This document shows, one piece after another, positions 56,675-64,000 of a stretch of 64,000 nucleotides of DNA. Source of the stretch: the human T2T-CHM13v2.0 reference genome, Homo sapiens. Position numbers and translations under genes: made by a program. The stretch's first letter is position 1; each line of letters starts with the position of its first letter. Under the pieces are notes generated by a model. The model did not search any database and was not told where the DNA came from. It worked only from the letters and a program-made list of their open reading frames with translations. The stretch lies in assembly GCF_009914755.1 (NCBI RefSeq), contig NC_060935.1. One strand, written 5' to 3'.

Positions 56675-58679
56675 CATAAATGTTCAAAGCGGCTTGTCAA
56701 CAATAGCCAAAAATGGGAAAAAACTCAAATATCCACCAATTTTTGAACAGATGAATAAATTGAGGTATATTTTTATAATGAGATACTACTCAACAATAAA
56801 AAGAAATAAGTGATACACACAACAACATAGGTAAGTGTCCAAAGCATAATGCTAAGTAAAACAAGCCAGATATAAAGAACTACATACTGTATAATTTCAT
56901 TTATAAGAAATTCTAGAAAATGAAAACACTGTAAAGAGAAATAGCATATCAATGGTTGCCAGAGATGATAGGTTAGAAGAGATGATTTAGTGCAAAAGAA
57001 CATAAGCTAAATTTTTGAGGTAGCAGAAATATTCTACGTATGATATTTGGCTATATGTATTTTTCAGTATGTATATGTATATTCTAAAACTCATCAAGTT
57101 CCACATTTAAATTTGGTAAATATCATTATGTGTAAATTCTGCCTTAGTAAAGTTTATTTTTATTTGATTAAACAATTGCCACCAATTGCCATCATTTTTG
57201 CTCATAAGATAGTTTATTAATAGTCTCTTCTCAGAACCAAGTGACATTTTATTGCTACTAAATAATATTTTTTATTTTTGTCCCAGAGCCTTCTGATTAA
57301 GATGGCTGATTTCCCCTACTTTGGCATGTTAGAATTACAAAAGGGATGAATGCCTTTCTTCCACAGCAGTGATGGTATCTTTTCATATTCCATCATTTTC
57401 AAGGAGTCACTTTTGTGATTAAAGCTGTTTACACATTTTAATTATTAGGAAGTTGTGTATAGTGCCTCTATGCTCCAGTTCTGAATCAAAATGTCTTTGT
57501 CCAAATAGTCTATTTACTGTCTGCATAATCGGGGCAAGTCTAAGAGTCTCTTCTTTTGTAAAGTGAAAAAAATAAAAATTATTATGTCATCATGGAGATT
57601 GGATAAGTTAGGCCATGCCTGCAAAATGGCGAGTACTTAAATGCTAGTCTTTTTTTTTTTTTTTCCACTATTAATACTTTTACTATAAACAAAATTCAGC
57701 TTCTCTTCCCCAGGAATTATTGTGCTTTTCAAACTTGCACTCTGTTCTAGAGACATTTGACATAAAGGTGTCTTACACATAAACAACTACATTTCCTGTG
57801 ACAATAAATTAGACTCTCTCATTTTAAATTGCAAAAGTCACAGGTGTTCCTTTAACATGTTGAGCTGAACAAATAACTGTTATTCCTGGACTGGGCTGAG
57901 GTTTCAAAATTCTAACAAGCAAAATAAATTTTTGATGTCACAAGGCAGATATGTCCTAATCTCTAACATTTACTGATCTCTCCCCAAGTAATGAAATACT
58001 GACAGAAGTTCCAAGATTATGTATTTGTTGTTTTTATAAGTTTCCAAGAGGGCACTTAATTTTAGTAGGAAGAACATACCAATTGCCTCTAATAAGAAAA
58101 TCATCTTCATTTACATACATTCCAATTGCCTATTACAAAAAATTAAACAAATGAAATACTAACCCAATATTATCTCATTCTTCTCACCCTCATAAGTAAA
58201 TGAAAGATATGCAAGTGAAAACACTTTGATTAGCATACCAGAGAAATCAAAGCTCTCAAATTCACAAAAAGCAGGAAAAACGAAGTTCACGGGTGGAGTC
58301 AAATACTTATAAAATAGACATAGATTTATTTATTAGAGTTTAAGAGAGGGTAAATATATCCATATTATTAACTCCAAATAAAAACCAGAATTCAGATGAC
58401 AACACTTGGAAGTGATATCCACATTTTCAAATAACTCTAAACAAGGTTCTGAACATACTAATACCAATTTAATGACCATTTCTCAACAACCCTAGCTAGT
58501 TGAGCAGGAAAGATATAAATGCATCCTTATGACACTTTTTTGGGGTAGAAAGCTCAGTATTCAAGGGGATTGTTCCACCTGTGTGGTTACTGCTTATAGT
58601 AAGCTCACTTTTGAGGAAGTAATCATATGTGAGCAATAATAATGGCTTAAATTTATTGAGCTCTTAGTATTGGTGCAAT

Positions 58680-58790
58680 TGCCAATCCTATAAAGAACAC
58701 CCAGTAACCACCTCCAATTCTGAGGTAAATGCTGCACAGAGAAGTTAAGAAGCATGCCCAGGATTATATGGTTAGTAAGTGGCTTCATAG
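58680..58790 (-). mobile_element. MIR relic
   Basis: gcacagagaagttaagaagcatgcccaggattatatggttagtaagtggc. Confidence 0.6.
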
Positions 58791-61102
58791 TAAGTTACTC
58801 TAAAGTGAACAAGCAGTCTAATTTTGACAACTAGCCATTGCACAATTTGACCTTCTAAGTCCTACATACTGTCATAAATGTCTCAATCTAACAGTACCCT
58901 GAATTCCCTCTCACTTGAACCATTGCAAGAAACCTCATAAATCCCTGACTCATTGGATGAATCGTGGTCAAATTTTCATTACATAGAGCTTCATAATGCC
59001 AAATTTTAGGTGAAAAATGTTAATGGATCTTCATTTTACAATCCAATATAAAACTGTACAACTCTTAGCATTTTCCCAGAAATACCCCCATTTTCTCACA
59101 CTTCTGACCACTTATATTGTTTCTTCTGCATAAGGTGGAAATCCAAGTGAAGATGACATCAAGCTAACTTTTCATAATATGCTTCTCATAACTTATTATT
59201 TAAATATTTGTGGAAACAGAAAAAGACAACAGAGTATAGTAGTCATCAACACTAATGGAAACAGGAAAATATTTGTAAAACTTCAGAAGTGATTTCTAAA
59301 AAATCAAGACAGATGGATAAACTGAATTTTAAAGTAAACTCTTCTTTGGAGTTAGGCTACGGAAATATTAGCCCCTCTTCCACTCTGTATACTTTGATTG
59401 AAGAACAGAAGCCTGCCTCAATCAGAAACCCCAGCACAACATCAAGTAATATTGGCAGATGTTTTTCCTCCTCAACCTACCACCCTCAGAACCTGCCTTT
59501 CTAAATCCATTGAAAGGCTACAATTTCAGCCAAAAAAAAAAAGGCATAACAGGAAATAGAACATTTTCTTCACATTGTGTGCAGGACTTGTGATTTTCAG
59601 GCAAAGGATATAACTCATTTAATGAAGGGAGACCACAGATAGCCTTGGAGTGATCTGCTGATAATCAGAAACCTTGTGAGGAATGAGCGAGGAGTGACAA
59701 AAGAGGCATTTAGCTCTAGATGAACCAATTAGATAAATGCCCTTTAGGAAACTGAGACACGACTAGGAAGTGGGCACATTATACTGCTCTTCATTTTATA
59801 TATAAAATGGGGGATATTAACAGCACCAGGACAGTTAATGGAATGGTGGAAAATCAAACTGAACACTCTAGTGTCAGAAATTGAGGTGATGAAGAAACCT
59901 CAGAAACCTCCTGTCAAAAGACAGGAAATGTTGCCTAAAAACTAAGAGAAAGAATAGATCCCTAGAAATGAAAAGAACAATACATGTCAGAAAATTTCTT
60001 CCTTTCCTCAAGAATGTAAGAAAGTGTTAGCTCTAGGCAACATTATGCTAATTTTTTTTTATTACTCTAGGAATAATTTCTTATTATATAGCCTTAAGTA
60101 ATTGGAATTTCTTTATAAAGAAACAGAAAAAAGAAGTCCAGAAATACCAATGTGTTCCTTTAAAAATTATTCAGTATCTAACATAAACTTAAGCAATGAA
60201 TCTAAGCCAAAAAATAAATTTAAGCATGTAGTTTGAGTATGTTTATTGTATCAGGCTATAGGCACATTGTGATAATTTGATAGCTTACAAAAAATAAACA
60301 ACAAAAAATCATGTAAGTAGAGGAAAGACAAAAAAAATCTGTCTTCAAACTCAGATATAGTTTTCTTCATGCAAAGGCTGAAAAATCATAGTATCAACAA
60401 ATCATCAATAAAAATAACTTAAGGACATTTTAAAATCAAAATTAAAATACATAATGGGGTTGCAATGGCATGAAACTTGAAGATATGAATTATTGAAATA
60501 TCTCAAATATAGAGCTGAGTTAAAATAATTGTTACCATGTATTTTAAGCTGAAACATCAACAATACTGCCGAGATGATGTAAAATAAAAAATAAATCAAA
60601 ATTATATATAAAGTACAATGTCAATTTGTATAAATTGATATATAGGTAGATCGGTAGATAGATAGATTATTGATAAATTGAATTTAGGTGATTTGATTTC
60701 TCTCAAGTTTCTAAATTTTCTATAATGTGGTTTAATAATATGTTGGCCAGAAATTTTTATTGAAGTAATTATAATACAGAACATAAAATCTATGAGATAA
60801 TTTTTCTCAACAAAAATCTTTAAGCTCAAATATTTTAGGAGTGATCTTTCTTTCAGACCTATACACTTTTAACTTTACTAACATTAAAAAAGAAATAATA
60901 ATAATGCTTGCAAAGTAAAGGAGTAGCAGAAAACTCAATAATTTATGTTCTGGATATGGTATAGTCTTAAAGTCAAAACCTGAAAAGATAACCACAAAAT
61001 AAATATTTTTACTTTGGTAAAAATAAGTGACAAGGTTATACACAAAGGAATTACAGAGATTTAGTTAACAGAATAACTTAGAACTACAAAATAGGGTTTA
61101 TT

Positions 61103-61142
61103 GTCTATAGCCATATCACCCTAAAAGCGCCCTATCTCGTCT
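61103..61142 (+). pseudogene. 3'-truncated (tailless) 5S rRNA retropseudogene, nt 1-40
   Basis: gtctatagccatatcaccctaaaagcgccctatctcgtct vs 5S GTCTACGGCCATACCACCCTGAACGCGCCCGATCTCGTCT (34/40); TSD aaatagg(g/a)tttat. Confidence 0.88.
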
Positions 61143-61634
61143 AAATAGGATTTATCTTAGAAGTGAATTTCTATTTTAATGCTAGGAAATATATTAATAT
61201 AGAATAGCAGATCAAGTGATTCAGAAGTTAAAATATGTTGAATTGACTTTAGAAAGGCATTAAATACATATTAACTCAAAAGACTGTTTTAAACCGATAG
61301 TCAATAGCATGCTTAACAGTGAAACAAAATTGCCTTCTCACTAAGATCCGAAAAAAAAAAAAAAGCCGTCTGTTACCACCGTTTTTAAAACATTTTTAAG
61401 ACGTTATCCAGGAAATAATGGTCAATATAATAAAGCATAGGATAAATCAAAGGAGAAGAAGAAAAGATAATTATTTGAGAAGAAAAGAATCTTTAAACAT
61501 TTTTAAAACTAAGATTATTAACTGAACTAATTAAAGTTCCCTAAATTTATGGATTAAAGGGTAATTATACAACATTCAAAAATGTTTCTTTTTATCATCA
61601 ATAATTATTTAGATGACATAAAGTTTAAAAAAGC

Positions 61635-61841
61635 CCCGGTGTGTGATGTTCCCCTTCCTGTGTCCAAGTGTTCTCATTGTTCAATTCCCACCTATGAGTG
61701 AGAACCTGTACGTTGTGCACATGTACCCTGGAACTTAAAGTATAAAAACAAAAACAAAAACAGAACTACCATATGATCCAGCAATTCCATTTCTGGGTAT
61801 ATACAGAAAGGACATAAAATCAGTCTTTCAAAGAGGAAAAA
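61635..61841 (+). mobile_element. Miniature twin-primed L1PA (PA5-7-like) with 3' transduction
   Basis: Antisense 3'UTR 61635-61705, sense terminus to ~61745, A-rich tail, older-L1 segment 61762-61836, poly-A, perfect 15-bp TSD aaagtttaaaaaagc 61620-61634 / 61842-61856. Confidence 0.9.
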
Positions 61842-62007
61842 AAAGTTTAAAAAAGCACTAAATTGTAGTAACATTAAAATATGTAAAATATCCCAATATA
61901 AACGGAGCAAGATTTTAAAGAAACCAAAATCCCACCGAGATAGTTAAAGAAAAATTTAAACTAATACATGCTTTCATAATGAGCTTGGCTGGATAAACAA
62001 AACAAAT

Positions 62008-62343
62008 TTTATTTATTTATTTATTTATTTATTTGTTTGTTTGTTTATTTGTTTATTGAGATGGAGTCTTGCTTCATCGTTCATCGCGCAGGCTGGAGTG
62101 CAATGGTGCGATCTCCGCTCATTGCAACCTCCGCCTCCCGGATTCAAAGATTCTCCTGCTTCAGCCTCCCAAATAGCTGGGATTACAGACACGCACCACC
62201 ATGACCAGCTACTTTTTGTATTTTTAGTAGAGATGGGGTTTCACCATGTTGGCCAGGCTGATCTTGAACTCCTGACATCGTGATCTGCCCACCTTGGCCT
62301 CCCAAAGTTCTGGGATTACAGGTGTGAGTCACCACGCCCAGCC
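62008..62343 (-). mobile_element. AluS (Sg/Sx-like)
   Basis: Full dimer, (TTTA/TTTG)n tail, TSD aaac(a/t)aaacaaat. Confidence 0.93.
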
Positions 62344-62554
62344 GAAACTAAACAAATCTTAAAACTCAAATAGTTTACGTGAGTTTGGTTTTGGCATAGT
62401 GATAGACAGTAATATCAAGTGAATAGAATAGAGAGACCAGAAGTAGACCCAGAGGTATGTAATTGGTTAATGTGTCTTAAAGGAAAAATCACAAAGTGAA
62501 TAGACAAAGAGGTTATCTAAAAAATTGGTACTTGATAAATTCTGCTTTATTTTT

Positions 62555-62851
<297 letters not shown>

Positions 62852-63407
62852 TACTTTATTTTTTAATAAAGTAAATCTCAGAAGGATTAAATAATAAAAT
62901 ATACTTTAATACATTATTTCAACACTAAAATAAATTATATACTTAGTAATTAATTATAAAATATGGAAAGGATTTGATGGTGAGCAACGAAAGAAACCAA
63001 ATATTGAAGGGTTTATAGAATCGATTTTCTGAATCATCTGTTAATCTTAAACAATATAAATTGAAATACATTTCAAAGAAATCTGACAGAGGATTACTAT
63101 TCTAACCTATAATGAAATCATACAATAAATCTATTGCATAGTTATAAACCTCAACACATGGTCAAATTATGTTAAACAGAGCATCTAAAAGACAGACTGT
63201 GTCTATCTAACAAATTATTTTATAAGTGTTTAATGTTTTAAATTAATGAAATACATGGTTGTTAAAAATGATTTCTCATTCCAATCATTATACATTCATA
63301 ATGGAAGTAAAAACATTGAAGAAATATAAGAGTATTTAAGACAGACGTTCTCACACTCAAATGGCATTGTACATTTTCACAATCTATAGAGAAAGCTGTT
63401 TGGTCAT

Positions 63408-63530
63408 GTTTACCAGTTTTCAAAGGTTTACCAGTTTTCAAAGGTTTACCAGTTTACAAGTTTTCCATGTTTCCATGTAAAAGTTACCAGTTTACCAGTT
63501 TCCTATGTTTACCAGTTTACAAGTTTTCAA
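63408..63530. repeat. Complex short tandem repeat built from gtttacca units
   Basis: gtttaccagttttcaaag x2 then gtttacca/gtttacaa/gtttcca variants. Confidence 0.9.
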
Positions 63531-64000
63531 ATTGTTCACACCTTTTATGCAGTAATGTCACTGATAGCAACCTATCCTAAGAAACTAATCTGACAAGCGT
63601 TGAGGCATTACTTACAATAAAGAAACTTGGAAATATCAAAATGTGTAATAATAAAAGATTAAGTAAAATATAATGTATCCACCTAAGACAGTATATATAA
63701 TACGTAAGTATTGCTGTCTATATTCTTTAAAGAGTTGGGTAAATGCTTAGGAGGTAACATTAAGTGGTAAAATCAAGTTATGCAACATACACACAGTATG
63801 GTCCATATATAAAAAAATATATAGATGAGAGGAAGGACGTGTTATTTACTGTGGTTATTTCTCTTGTGTGAGATAATGAATAATTTTCATTCTTTTCTAT
63901 ACTGTTTTACAGTTCACTTTTTTAAACTAGGCAAACATCAACAATACTTATTTCTGAATAATTCTAACCAGGATTCACTGTAGAACTCATATTCTCCTAC

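Larger units (their letters stand above)
51880..57160 (+). mobile_element. Old L1M (L1MC/MD-type): ORF1 end, ORF2, 3' end; interrupted by nested elements
   Basis: ttcttcaggcagaaggaaaatga (ORF1 end), EN remnant ~52400-53300, ORF 54561-54752 YRFNVIPIK, 3'UTR 56680-57160. Confidence 0.8.

Overview
Repeat-saturated, AT-rich primate (human-like; AluY and L1PA3/4-type elements present) intergenic or deep-intronic DNA. I find no supportable protein-coding exon, tRNA, CRISPR array or prokaryotic feature. The longer ORFs in the track are decayed L1 ORF1/ORF2, MaLR/ERVL internal or Alu reading frames; the rest are short AT-rich or simple-repeat frames. Contents: several L1s of different ages (L1PA11-13-like, L1PA8-like, L1PA3/4-like, L1PA5-7-like, old L1M), two THE1C-like MaLR proviruses, an ERVL integrase remnant, several solo LTRs, a Tigger3 DNA transposon, eight Alus, MIR/L2 relics, a 7SL pseudogene and a 5S rRNA fragment. 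The most notable observations are: (i) a near-perfect 40-bp-arm hairpin at 40495-40587 not explained by a recognisable repeat; (ii) a 207-bp L1 insertion combining twin-priming inversion, loss of the G-rich tract and a 3' transduction; (iii) a tailless 5S rRNA retropseudogene with TSDs; (iv) two more twin-primed L1s, one with a possibly serial 3'-transduction tail. I do not see evidence for a wholly new biological system. Subfamily names come from recalled consensus sequences, not a database search.
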